Positions 1-11,827 of a stretch of DNA of 43,854 nucleotides are shown piece after piece. The notes beneath the pieces were generated by a model. It did no database searches, was not told the origin of the DNA, and worked only from the letters and a program-made list of their open reading frames with translations. The first letter of the stretch is position 1. The number at the start of each line of letters is the position of its first letter. The translations under genes were made by a program, and so were the position numbers. This DNA is from Octopus bimaculoides (lineage: Eukaryota): NCBI RefSeq assembly GCF_001194135.2, contig NC_068991.1, positions 66,488,291-66,532,144 on the forward strand, written 5' to 3'.

Positions 1-365
1 TATATATATATATATATATATATATGCGTGTGTATGTATGTATATATATGTATATATATATATGTATATATTTATATATATAAACATACATATATAACCA
101 TGTGTTAACATACAAACTCGTAAATACGATGGTTTACTTAACTACACATTTAACTCTAAACAAACAAGCAAATAACCAAAAACCCACACCCATAAAAGAG
201 AATATATCTACAAATGCACTTCTTTTATACACTTCTTTTAATATCTTCAGATAATCAAAGCCTCACACACGCAAGAAAGAATATATGCATATATCTGAAA
301 CAGAACAAAACAAAAGAAAGAGAAAAAATTTTAAAACACACCATAGTAACTAACCAGTAGACTTA

Positions 366-693
366 TTATTATTATTATTATTATTATTATCATGCGCCCT
401 TTTAAAGCCTAGCCAGGCTCATGGGCCCGGTTTCCCGGTTTCTATGATGTATGTGTTCTCCCCAGCTGGACGGGACGCCAGTCCATCGCAGCGTTAATCA
501 AGAAACAGGAAGAAAGAGTGAGAGAAAGTTGGGGCGAAAGAGTACAACAGGGGTCGCCACCACCCATTGCCGGAGCCTTGTGGAGCTTTAGGTGTTTTCG
601 CTCAATGAACACACAACGCCTGATCTGGAATAGAATCCGCGATCCTCCGACTGCTAGTCTGCTGCCCTAACCACTGGGCCATTGCGCCTCCAC
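366..693 (-). mobile_element. tRNA-derived SINE family 1, full copy with (TAA)n tail
   Basis: Head GGCGCAATGGCCCAGTGG (A box), shared core with copies at 3944, 10483 and 27642; 14-bp TSD AACCAGTAGACTTA at 352-365 and 694-707. Confidence 0.88.
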
Positions 694-1070
694 AACCAGT
701 AGACTTACAACAAACGAAATTGGTCTGATAATGAAATTGACCTCCTAANNNNNNNNNNNNNNNNNNNNNNNNNNNNNNNNNNNNNNNNNNNNNNNNNNNN
801 NNNNNNNNNNNNNNNNNNNNNNNNNNNNNNNNNNNNNNNNNNNNNNNNNNNNNNNNNNNNNNNNNNNNNNNNNNNNNNNNNNNNNNNNNNNNNNNNNNNN
901 NNNNNNNNNNNNNNNNNNNNNNNNNNNNNNNNNNNNNNNNNNNNNNNNNNNNNNNNNNNNNNNNNNNNNNNNNNNNNNNNNNNNNNNNNNNNNNNNNNNN
1001 NNNNNNNNNNNNNNNNNNNNNNNNNNNNNNNNNNNNNNNNNNNNNNNAGAGAGAGAGAGAGAGAGAGAGA

Positions 1071-1156
1071 TCGATAAAATGTCCCCGTAATTTAGCGGTT
1101 CGGCAATGGAGATCGATAAAATGACAGACAGCGAGAAAGAGAGAGAGAGAGAGAGC

Positions 1157-1200
<44 letters not shown>

Positions 1201-1254
1201 CAAAGAGAGAGAGACAGAGTGAGAGAGAGACAGAAAGAGAGAGAAAAAGAGGGT

Positions 1255-1298
<44 letters not shown>

Positions 1299-1450
1299 TA
1301 GACAGACATAGAGAGAGGGTGACAGAGGGAGACAGAGAGAGAGACAGAGAGAGAGACACAGAGAGAGACAGAGAGAGACAGAGAGAGACAAAGAGAGAGA
1401 AGAAGAGACAGAGAGACAGAGGAAGACAGAAAGTGAGAGAGAGATACAGA

Positions 1451-1481
<31 letters not shown>

Positions 1482-1880
1482 GGAGATATTGGGAGAGAGA
1501 GAAAGAAGCAGATAAGATCGATAAAATGTCCCCGTAACTTAGCGGTTCGGCAATGGAGATCGATAAAATGTCCCCGTAACATAGCGGTTCGGCAATAGTG
1601 ATCGATAAAATGACACCGTAACATAGCGGTTCGGCAATGGGATCGATAAAATGTCCCCGTAATGTCCCCGTAATGTAGCGGTTTGGCAATGAGGATCGAT
1701 AAAATGTCCTCGTAACATAGCGGTTCGGCAATGGGATCGATAAAATGTCCCCGTAACATAGCGGTTCGGCAATGGAATCGATAAAATGTCCCCGTAACGC
1801 AGCGGTTCGGCAATGGAGATCGATAAAATGTCCCCATAACATAGCGGTTCGGCAATGGAGTCGATAAAATGTCCCCGTTA
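1071..1880. repeat. ~42-bp minisatellite (TCGATAAAATGTCCCCGTAACATAGCGGTTCGGCAATGGAGA), about 10 units, split by a (GA)n/(GACA)n block at ~1128-1515
   Basis: Units read directly. Confidence 0.9.
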
Positions 1881-2016
1881 TAGAGAGACAGTGTGAGAGA
1901 GAGAGGGAGAGAGAGAAAGAGAGAGACAGAGATTGAGAGAGTGAGAGAGAGATATATATTCTCCTGAATTCGCCTGGTGTTAAAACACCTGGAAGTCATA
2001 GACAAGCGAGATAACG

Positions 2017-2054
<38 letters not shown>

Positions 2055-2584
2055 ACTTGGGGATGGTCATATTGCCAGTTTAGCCAATAAAAACACACGT
2101 ACTGTATATTTGGTGTTAATTTGTTTCAGCTTTATATTACATTNNNNNNNNNNNNNNNNNNNNNNNNNNNNNNNNNNNNNNNNNNNNNNNNNNNNNNNNN
2201 NNNNNNNNNNNNNNNNNNNNNNNNNNNNNNNNNNNNNNNNNNNNNNNNNNNNNNNNNNNNNNNNNNNNNNNNNNNNNNNNNNNNNNNNNNNNNNNNNNNN
2301 NNNNNNNNNNNNNNNNNNNNNNNNNNNNNNNNNNNNNNNNNNNNNNNNNNNNNNNNNNNNNNNNNNNNNNNNNNNNNNNNNNNNNNNNNNNNNNNNNNNN
2401 NNNNNNNNNNNNNNNNNNNNNNNNNNNNNNNNNNNNNNNNNNNNNNNNNNNNNNNNNNNNNNNNNNNNNNNNNNNNNNNNNNNNNNNNNNNNNNNNNNNN
2501 NNNNNNNNNNNNNNNNNNNNNNNNNNNNNNNNNNNNNNNNNNNNNNNNNNNNNNNNNNNNNNNNNNNNNNNNNNNNNNNNNNNN

Positions 2585-2632
<48 letters not shown>

Positions 2633-3071
2633 TATATATGTATATGTGTGTGCGTGCGCGTATGTATGTGTTCTTATAGACCCATGTGTGCGAAAGTCTG
2701 CGTATTTCTGTGTTTGTGTGATTGTGAAATGTTCTCGGTGCAGTCGTTTGCACTTGTGCCTATTCATTTCTAGCGAGTGTAGAAGACGGGTGATGATAAT
2801 GTAACCTAATTTGACAGTTCCATTGACGTAGATTCCTAACGAATTAGATATCTAAGTCTATTTCAGCAACGAGAGCTAAAAGTGGTGGAAGAATGAAATG
2901 TCACAGTCTCATTCCGGGTACTTACTGCGCGCTCACACACAGAAGCATACACACGCACGGGGCACATTTCGTAATAGTTTCTTGGGTTGATGTTCGTTGC
3001 AGCCGTATCATAATTCTCTATTAAGACGCTTGCTAAATTCAGGTCGTGTTATTATTAAAAGCGGTTAACAT

Positions 3072-3270
3072 GGCGGCAAGCAGGAAAATGCTTAGCAGCC
3101 GGGCAAAATGCTTAGCAGCATTTAGTTTGTCTTTACGTTCAAATTCCGCCAAGGTCGACTTTGCCTTTCATCCTTTCCTGGTCGATAAAATAAGTACCAG
3201 TTGAGTACTGGGGTCGATGTATTCAACTCATCCCACCCACCTCGAAATTGTTGGCCTTCTGCCAAAAGTT
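3072..3270 (+). mobile_element. SINE family 2 (tRNA-like head; core GTCGACTTTGCCTTTCATCCTTT..GGTCGATAAAATAAGTACC)
   Basis: Same core recurs at 5080-5285(-), 12620-12838(-), 14965-15090(-), 29872-29990(+), 30053-30240(+); B-box-like GTTCAAATTCC. Confidence 0.82.
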
Positions 3271-3943
3271 GGAATCATTATTAAAAGCCGTTAACAAGGC
3301 GGCGAGCTGGCAGNNNNNNNNNNNNNNNNNNNNNNNNNNNNNNNNNNNNNNNNNNNNNNNNNNNNNNNNNNNNNNNNNNNNNNNNNNNNNNNNNNNNNNN
3401 NNNNNNNNNNNNNNNNNNNNNNNNNNNNNNNNNNNNNNNNNNNNNNNNNNNNNNNNNNNNNNNNNNNNNNNNNNNNNNNNNNNNNNNNNNNNNNNNNNNN
3501 NNNNNNNNNNNNNNNNNNNNNNNNNNNNNNNNNNNNNNNNNNNNNNNNNNNNNNNNNNNNNNNNNNNNNNNNNNNNNNNNNNNNNNNNNNNNNNNNNNNN
3601 NNNNNNNNNNNNNNNNNNNNNNNNNNNNNNNNNNNNNNNNNNNNNNNNNNNNNNNNNNNNNNNNNNNNNNNNNNNNNNNNNNNNNNNNNNNNNNNNNNNN
3701 NNNNNNNNNNNNNNNNNNNNNNNNNNNNNNNNNNNNNNNNNNNNNNNNNNNNNNNNNNNNNNNNNNNNNNNNNNNNNNNNNNNNNNNNNNNNNNNNNNNN
3801 NNNNNNNNNNNNNNNNNNNNNNNNNNNNNNNNNNNNNNNNNNNNNNNNNNNNNNNNNNNNNNNNNNNNNNNNNNNNNNNNNNNNNNNNNNNNNNNNNNNN
3901 NNNNNNNNNNNNNNNNNNNNNNNNNNNNNNNNNNNNNNNNNNN

Positions 3944-4251
3944 TCCGATCAACGGAACAGCCTGCTCGTGAAATTAACGTGCAAGTGGCTGAGCACTCCA
4001 CAGACACGTATACTCCAGTGTGACAGGGCTGACCCTTTGAATTACAGGCACAACAGAAACAAGAAGTAAGAGTGAGAGAAAGTTGCGGTGAAAGAGTACA
4101 GCAGGGTTCGCCACCATCCCCTGCCGGAGCCTCGTGGAGCTTTTAGGTGTTTTCGCTCAATAAACACTCACAACGCCCGGTCTGGGAATCGAAACCGCGA
4201 TCCTATGACCGCGAGTCCGCTGCCCTAACCACTGGGCCATTGCGCCTCCAC
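3944..4251 (-). mobile_element. SINE family 1 copy, 3' end lost in gap
   Basis: Near-identical to 27642-28028. Confidence 0.88.
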
Positions 4252-4419
4252 TCTGACACCATGAGGACGTATAAGGAATGTATTAGTATGACGCTCAGTA
4301 AAAGGAGAAAGTTTGACGTTTCGAGCATAGCTCTTCATCGGAAAGGAGCAAGGGACAAGTCCAAAGATAGAAAAGAAATCGCCAACGGCACCACGTATGT
4401 TTTTGCGTGTATCTTTGTG

Positions 4420-4625
4420 CATGTGTCTGTCCTCCACCACTGCTTCACAACCGGTATTGGTGTGTTTACGTCCCCGTAACTTAGCGGTTCGCAAAAGAGA
4501 CGATGGATTAAGTACCAGACTTTACAAAAAAGTAATGAATACTGGTGGAGGGGGGGTTGATTCGTTCGACTGAATTTCTTCAAAGCGGTGCCCCAGCATA
4601 GCCGCAGTCTAATGACTGAAACAAG
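4420..4625 (+). mobile_element. SINE family 3, 3' half
   Basis: GTGTTTACGTCCCCGTAACTTAGCGGTTCG...GCCGCAGTC(T/A)AATGACTGAAACAAG shared with 28350-28735 and 26812-27200. Confidence 0.78.
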
Positions 4626-5079
4626 AAGAAGAAAAAAATGTTTTATTCATAATTAGAGGAAGTCACAATTTAACGCGAACCAAACTGAGCCCCACCCCCA
4701 GACTTTACGTTTGTATATTTTTACATTGAAGCAATTACGTCACATGACTCTACTCTACCAACGTTTCTTGCATAATTAAAATTAAAGAAAGAAAGAAACT
4801 ATATTTCTCTATAAAACGTTCACTGCAGTATAATTACTGTGTTAGCAGTGTACATTCTTAACTGAGTTCGAATTGGCAAAATTTCAGGTTAGATTGTTCC
4901 GCAGTGCTAAATTTATAAAGAAACTTTTACAGGAGTTTCTTGAACTGAACGAATAGAAAAACAATTGGTAGACAGCTTAAACTTTCTTCATAGTTGGTGT
5001 TGTAGGAATACGTGGTTTAATAAGCTGAGGAATAGTAATGAATTAAAATTACGTCTTTAATGACTATAACGGTTCCAAA

Positions 5080-5285
5080 TTTTGGCACAACAGTTTCGAG
5101 GGAGAGGGTAAGTCGATTACATCGACCTCAGTACTCAACTGGTACTTATTTTATTGACCTTGAAAGGAAAGGACGAAAGACAAAGTTGACACCAGTGTAA
5201 TTTGAACTTAGAACGTAAGGACTGACGAAATGCTACTAGGCATTTTGCCCAGCGTGCTAACGGTTCGGCCAGCTCGCCGCTTTAG
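5080..5285 (-). mobile_element. SINE family 2 copy
   Basis: Reverse complement of the family 2 consensus. Confidence 0.8.
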
Positions 5286-6377
5286 CCTTTAATGATAACA
5301 ATCATTTTCTGAATGACTGATTCTGGCCGAGGCAGTAGGGGAGACGACCTTGGAATTTGAAGTAATTTAAATTTAATTAAATATGAAATTAAGTGGGGTA
5401 ATGTGTCTGAGCTTTAGTAACGGTGCTGTGACAATATTGCAATGAAACATTGGGTTGCATTTGAGATCATGGTACCCTCGCATTCATCAGCCTGCGACCT
5501 ATATTAACGCTGGATATCTTGCCCTAGCTTATTCAGGATCATGTAAATAGGTCGGAGAGAGTTTATGAGGTGCTGTACACGCCTTATTGGTTGTACACGC
5601 CTTATTAGGTTGCGCGATCACCAGCGAGTCGATAAACCGATGCTCGACCGAGTAGGCTGGTGCCGCTGGTGCGAGGCCCGTGAAGCCGGCCGTGGATGCA
5701 ATGGCATTTTCCTGGTATTTTGCATGAGTAATAGTCAATGATGGTGATATGTCCTATCATGGCGATGTATTCCGTCGTCTCTGAGGGACTGGTCTGAACT
5801 CCGTACCTTCGCCAATTGACATTACTGACTGTGTCAGTCCACTATTTATTAGTAGTGGACCAGCCTATTTCTCACCTGGGAGAGTCCGCCACAACACCTC
5901 CCCGCTTTGAGATTTTTTTTTTCTACACAACATTTTTTTATTATTTCCTTTTCTTCCACACAGTATTATTTTTCTTTCGAATAATCTCCAGTTTTGATAT
6001 TTCTTCAAGTCGATGTATTTCACTTTCATACGAATCCTTCACACGGACTTACTATGTAGATTTGTTCTTGTTTTACACAGAATTATATTTGTTATTTCTT
6101 CACAGCATATATATATTTTTTTCCATTTCCACGACTTTCCCTTTCGTTACACTTTTCTCGGCAGAAAATGGATCGGTTACTTGCAAACTTTCATTATCTT
6201 TTGAAGTGTTTGCATTAGAACGATTCTACAACGAAGCATCTTTAGTAGGACCTTTTCCTGTAACAGACGGCTCCGATTCTCTAATTTCAGAATTTTCCAT
6301 AACGTATTCTTCACTAGTCACTTTCATCAACATTTCATCTGGAGTCTTTTCAAGGAGAACTTGGAACTTGTTTAGTA

Positions 6378-7026
6378 GGATCTATTTCAAAACGGGGGCA
6401 CCAGTTTTCATTTATGTTTTATGTAGGGCACCAGTTTTCATTTATGTTTTATGTACCGAAAGACTTTCAAACTTCGTATACTTATCTATTTTGTGTTATA
6501 GAACAGAAAAAAAATTTTGTATTCGAATTTATTTCATGTAAAAAATTGTCTTATTTCGATAATTTCTACTAATCACTGACGTCTATTCAGTTGAAAACAG
6601 TTAGCGCTGTAACGGTGTATATCGTATTAATCCCCTTACCCTAACCCTAACCCTAAAACTAACCCTAACTCTAGAATCCGAACTCTAAAATTGTTACACA
6701 CATAGATACGCACAGCGTAATTTATTATATAAACAATATATGCGTATAAATTGCGATTAAACCGGATGAAATATGTCACAGAGAATAACATTTTTATGAC
6801 CGCCCAGCAGTAACTCTATTCAGCTGAATAGACGTCAGTGATTGGCTGAAATTACAAAAATACGACAACTTTAACATGGAATAACTTGCGATGTACGTTT
6901 TTTTGTTAAGAAGACTAAGAGTAAAAGATGTTTTATATGACACATTCTACCAGTGTCCCAAGTTTCAAAGTGTTTCGTTAGTGTTTCGTTAAGAAAATAC
7001 TGGTGCCCCCGTTTTGAAATAGATCC
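6378..7026. mobile_element. 649-bp non-autonomous DNA transposon (MITE), Merlin-like by end structure
   Basis: Perfect 28-bp TIRs GGATCTATTTCAAAACGGGGGCACCAGT (6378-6405 / 6999-7026); 8-bp TSD GTTTAGTA (6370-6377 / 7027-7034); no ORF. Superfamily inferred from GG-start TIR plus 8-bp TSD. Confidence 0.9.
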
Positions 7027-7554
7027 GTTTAGTATCCTCAATCACAAAATAGCTTGCGTTTTCTTTGTCCATTTTAACTTTCTTAGCAACTAGTTAGTTT
7101 TCAATTTCAACAGATGATATCTGCTTACGTTTGATATCTTCTGGTATGACTCGCTTTAAATGTGTCGTTAATTCTTTTCATTTTTTCTACTAAGCAGAAT
7201 TATTTTTTGTTCCACACAGAGTTATTAAATCCTTCGCGCGGACTTATTATCATTATTATTTTTTGTTCCACACAGAACCATTTTTTATTCAAAATGCCGC
7301 AGGTAGTACCAAGTCTTACATTATTACTAGTAGCACTACAACATGTAGCGACCTGACTTATAAATCCTTCGAACGGACCTATATTATTTTTCACTGTCTC
7401 TAATTCTGTTCTGTGTTAGAGTTCCAGTTTTATCAGACATTTTTTCCCCTCAAAATCTTTTTTCAATAGAATTTATATATTTTTCACTGTGTGACAAATA
7501 CTCAAACCTTTCAGGCGGGAGTCTTGTGTCTTCAGCCTTGAAAATCCGATGTGA

Positions 7555-7611
<57 letters not shown>

Positions 7612-8447
7612 NNNNNNNNNNNNNNNNNNNNNNNNNNNNNNNNNNNNNNNNNNNNNNNNNNNNNNNNNNNNNNNNNNNNNNNNNNNNNNNNNNNNNNNNN
7701 NNNNNNNNNNNNNNNNNNNNNNNNNNNNNNNNNNNNNNNNNNNNNNNNNNNNNNNNNNNNNNNNNNNNNNNNNNNNNNNNNNNNNNNNNNNNNNNNNNNN
7801 NNNNNNNNNNNNNNNNNNNNNNNNNNNNNNNNNNNNNNNNNNNNNNNNNNNNNNNNNNNNNNNNNNNNNNNNNNNNNNNNNNNNNNNNNNNNNNNNNNNN
7901 NNNNNNNNNNNNNNNNNNNNNNNNNNNNNNNNNNNNNNNNNNNNNNNNNNNNNNNNNNNNNNNNNNNNNNNNNNNNNNNNNNNNNNNNNNNNNNNNNNNN
8001 NNNNNNNNNNNNNNNNNNNNNTAAATATAACCTGTTGCGATCTTATTTTCAATGGCTAAATAGCTTTACAGATCAGATTTGATGGCTTCTTTCAGTTTAC
8101 GTGTACTAAATCCACTCACAAGACCTTGGTCGGCCTGGCCCAGTATTCGAAGATTCCTGTGGTGTATGCGTGTGAGTAGAAGTAATCGGCTTACCTCGTT
8201 TGCCTTCCTTCCTTTGCACGAGTCTGTCCCGCGGTATCCGATCCTCGCGGCTGGCCCGTCCCGAAGAACGCTAGAAATAGCAGCTGCTTCTCCCAACACC
8301 TAGACGATCGCTTGGCACGTTCTCTTGTCACAACGACCCCGTTCGAAAAGGGCACATAATGCCGATCGAGGCTCCCTCTGTCCTTCTTCCTCTTCCGGTC
8401 AGTTCACGGTTCCGGTCAGCGGTCAGCTCCCCAGTTACTAACGTCAT

Positions 8448-8525
8448 ACCACAATTCCACGCAGTGGGACTGAACCCAGGACCACATGGTTGGGAAGCAA
8501 GCTTCTTAACCACATAGCCACACCT
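8448..8525 (-). mobile_element. SINE family 3 head fragment
   Basis: CCACGCAGTGGGACTGAACCC..ACCA.ATGGTTGGGAAGCAAGCTTCTTA shared with ~27140-27200 and 29470-29525. Confidence 0.75.
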
Positions 8526-8634
8526 TCACCTATATAGCCACGCCTGCGCCTTTATGGACACGCCTTTACCAATATATCCACGCCCACACGGATACATACA
8601 TACATAGATACATACATGCATGCATGCATAAATA

Positions 8635-8671
<37 letters not shown>

Positions 8672-10482
8672 TTGTGTGCGCGTTTTATAGAAAAAAAACC
8701 TGTTTTCCCAGTGTTATTCAGAATTAAATGCATTAAAGAAGACAACTTGATTGTAAGATAAGTTTCTCACGGTTGAGTCAACGTTCTATATCTCAAGCCA
8801 TAGGTATGTCTGACCTAATTCATTTGTTAGATTCAGTATATCTGGAAGGAGAATCCTATGTACTAGATAACCATCTGAAAACTCGGCGGTTTGTACCTCC
8901 TCACGGGTATTGATACGTGTCATTGGATTCAGGTACCCAATTCTGGAATTTGAAACTCCTTCTATCTCACGTGTCCATGTTATCTTTTAGGATATATTTC
9001 TTGTAAGTTTCAGCAATTATTTTGATAACTGCAGCTTATTTTGATGCTGTTTGGTCTCGGGTCGTTTCGGTATTTCAGCCGCCACCACAATATCTAACAT
9101 TAGATCATGTAGTCCTAAAGTGTCTAGGCCTACACTACTTAATATGCCCTTTTCTAAGATGACAGCCATTACCTGACGTGAAAGAAATTTGGCCAGTATA
9201 TTTTGCAGGTTAAGCGATCAAGTACAGGCTACACCCGTGGTTAGTTTTTTTTTTTTTCAAGTAAATAGATACGTCTTACATACAAAACAGCTGTCCAGCA
9301 TAAATCCACAAGTCCACAATGGTCAGGCGTTGAACGAGTAAGGGTAGGACAGTTTCATCGTCCTGCGCATATTTCAGACAGGTTCACCTACCATAGTACA
9401 GTGACTGCGAAGTTTAAACCAAGCTAATAATGTTACATCCTATCCGTACAGGCTACACTCCGTGATTCATCTCTCCGAGCCAATATTTCAGATACACTAT
9501 GATCGTACCTAGTTGCAAACTACATTGCATATAGGAAAGCGCAGTGCAGTTTGCGACTAGGTACGAGCGAACTTAACCATATAGAATGCAACACGGCAAT
9601 CTGGATATGTCATATTTTCTCCACTGTCTAATCTGTTCATCTATACCTATAGATTCGTGATCATAGCCGAAGATTCAGTGGGAAAGCAGCAGTTGTTGTT
9701 TTGCACTTACCATTAATTTGGCTAATAAAATTATTGCTTTGGTCTGTACGTTTGTCTAAGCTTAGAGAATAATGTTCCTAGGGTGTTGGTGCAAAAGTGT
9801 TCTAGAGTGTGAGATATGTTGGGATTGAATAGGAAACCATGTTCTTACGATGGTATTATAGCAATGTCCTGAATTGTGGTATACGAGATGGACTGAGTGG
9901 TATTTTTGATACTGTTCTTAGAATTGTGTTGAAATAATGTTTTAGTGTGTTGCATATATGCTCGGATGTTTGGTAGGTGATTATGTCACTCATAAACAGT
10001 GACGAAGCTAGAATGTGTTCCCCCCAAGGGAACACTTGTGCTTTCCGCCCTACCCCTGCCTTCTATATAGGCTTATGCAGTAGATCTAGAAGTATCGCTC
10101 CCACCCGGAGCAATACCACTGCTTATTAGCGAGTATTAACAGGAAGCATGAATCATGGTTTCACTGTTTTAGGTGTTTATGTAGTAACTAATAGACTTAG
10201 ACATTGTCTCACATCTCTCGCCCTTGACTCACCGGAACATCGAGAATGTGATTGCTAGAGGGAGAGATGGCCGCATCAAGCGTTCGACTGGTACTCCTTT
10301 GCTTTTTTTTTTAGCCGAGTAGAGTGGAAAAACGCAGAATGATGCTCCTTGGACACAACACACCAGCTCACAACCTTATGATGTGCGAATTGACTATCCT
10401 ATTCACTAAATCACTCATTATCATAGTGGGGGTGATTATGTACGTATGTACATACATACATACATACATACATACATACATA

Positions 10483-10796
10483 GAGGCGCAATGGCCCAGT
10501 GGTTAGGGCAGCGGACTCGCGGTCATAGGATCGCGGTTTCGTTTCCCAGACCGGGCGTTGTGAGTGTTTATTGAGCGAAAACACCTAAAGGTCCACGAAG
10601 CTCCAGCAGAAGGTGGTGGCAAACCCTGCTGTATTCTTTCACCACAACTTTCTCTCACTCTTACTTCCTGTTTCTGTTGTACCTGTAATTCAAAGGGTCA
10701 GCCTTGTCACACTGTGTCACGCTGAATATCCCCGAGAGCTACGTTAAGGGTACACATGTCTGTGGAGTGCTCAGCCACTTTCACGTTAACAACAAC
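10483..10796 (+). mobile_element. SINE family 1 copy between (TACA)n arrays
   Basis: A box TGGCCCAGTGG, B-box-like GGTTTCGTTTCC, shared core. Confidence 0.88.
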
Positions 10797-10849
10797 ATAC
10801 ATACATACATACATACATACATACATACATACATACATACATACATACA

Positions 10850-11665
10850 ATCAGTTCCCTGTAGCCACAACAAAAGTTGCTGGAAAAAAGAGGTGGCATT
10901 GACTGATGAAAGGAACCCTTAAAAAAGAGACCGAGAGCACTATACTGGTAGCGCAAGACCAGGCTTTGGCCACGAACTGGAGGATCAACCTTAGGACTGA
11001 ACAAATGTCTCCGCTGTGTCGCATCTACAATAGAGTGGATGAAACAATTGCTCATATCACGAACGAATGCCCTTGACTTGCCCCAAACCACTACAAGTTA
11101 TGGCGACACGACCAGGTAGCGAAAGTGCTACATTAGAAACTGTGCGAAAAGCGAGGGTTAGAGACTGGCAATTCGTGGTATGAACACAAACCGCAGAGAC
11201 TGGCGGAGTCGGAGACTAGCAAAATCCTCTGGGATTTTCTAATCCAAACAGATCAGGTGCTAGAGCATAGCAGACCGGACCTTGTGGTGGGGACAAGGTG
11301 CACCACATACGCTATACAGCTGATGTCGCATGCCCCTTTGACCCACGAATAGTCAAGAAGGAAGACAAAAAGATAGATAGATACAACCCTCTTAAGTACG
11401 AAATAGCCCGGCTATGGAAAGATAGTGCCAATTACTGGGTCCTTGGGAACAGTACCAGAAAGCATCAAGAAGAATATAAAGGAAATTGGAATAGAGTGCC
11501 CAGTAGAACTGTTACAAAAGGTTTGCCTCCTTCGCACGGCCAGAATAATCAGGAAAGTATTAGATAGCTGAAAAGAACGAATAGCATGGTACGATTGGCG
11601 GCAGGAAGTAAGCCCGCTACGCAGGGAAGACTCCAGGATCTCCAACAAAATCTGTGATAAAGAGA
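10850..11665 (+). mobile_element. 5'-truncated, decayed R4/Dong-like non-LTR retrotransposon 3' end with (TAA)n tail
   Basis: Decayed CCHC (PLCRI..DETIAHITNEC), RHDQVA, ILWDFLIQTD..RPDLVV, D-ACPFD..K..KY endonuclease motifs with stops and frameshifts; (TAA)n at ~11670-11750. Confidence 0.88.
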
Positions 11666-11692
11666 AAATAATAATAATAATAATAAAAAAAC

Positions 11693-11751
<59 letters not shown>

Positions 11752-11796
11752 TTTTACCCCAGTGTCACTTTGATGGCATGCACTGCTCTCTCACTC

Positions 11797-11823
<27 letters not shown>

Positions 11824-11827
<4 letters not shown>

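Noticed and set aside
1071-1880. CRISPR-like regular repeats
   Set aside because: No unique spacers, no cas genes, eukaryotic context; plain minisatellite
602-2098. Long ORFs of 365-498 aa
   Set aside because: Products of (GA)n, the 42-bp minisatellite and N gaps
5816-6541. 241-aa plus-strand ORF
   Set aside because: F/L/S-rich low-complexity frame running through a MITE boundary, no ATG start, no motifs
6633-6673. Chromosome end or fusion scar
   Set aside because: Only ~40 bp and enclosed within a TIR/TSD-bounded element
7500-7525. PPERF peptide suggesting a third CYP
   Set aside because: No surrounding P450 context or heme exon
10483-10560. tRNA genes at SINE heads
   Set aside because: A/B boxes run into SINE cores and recur as dispersed copies; no complete cloverleaf seen
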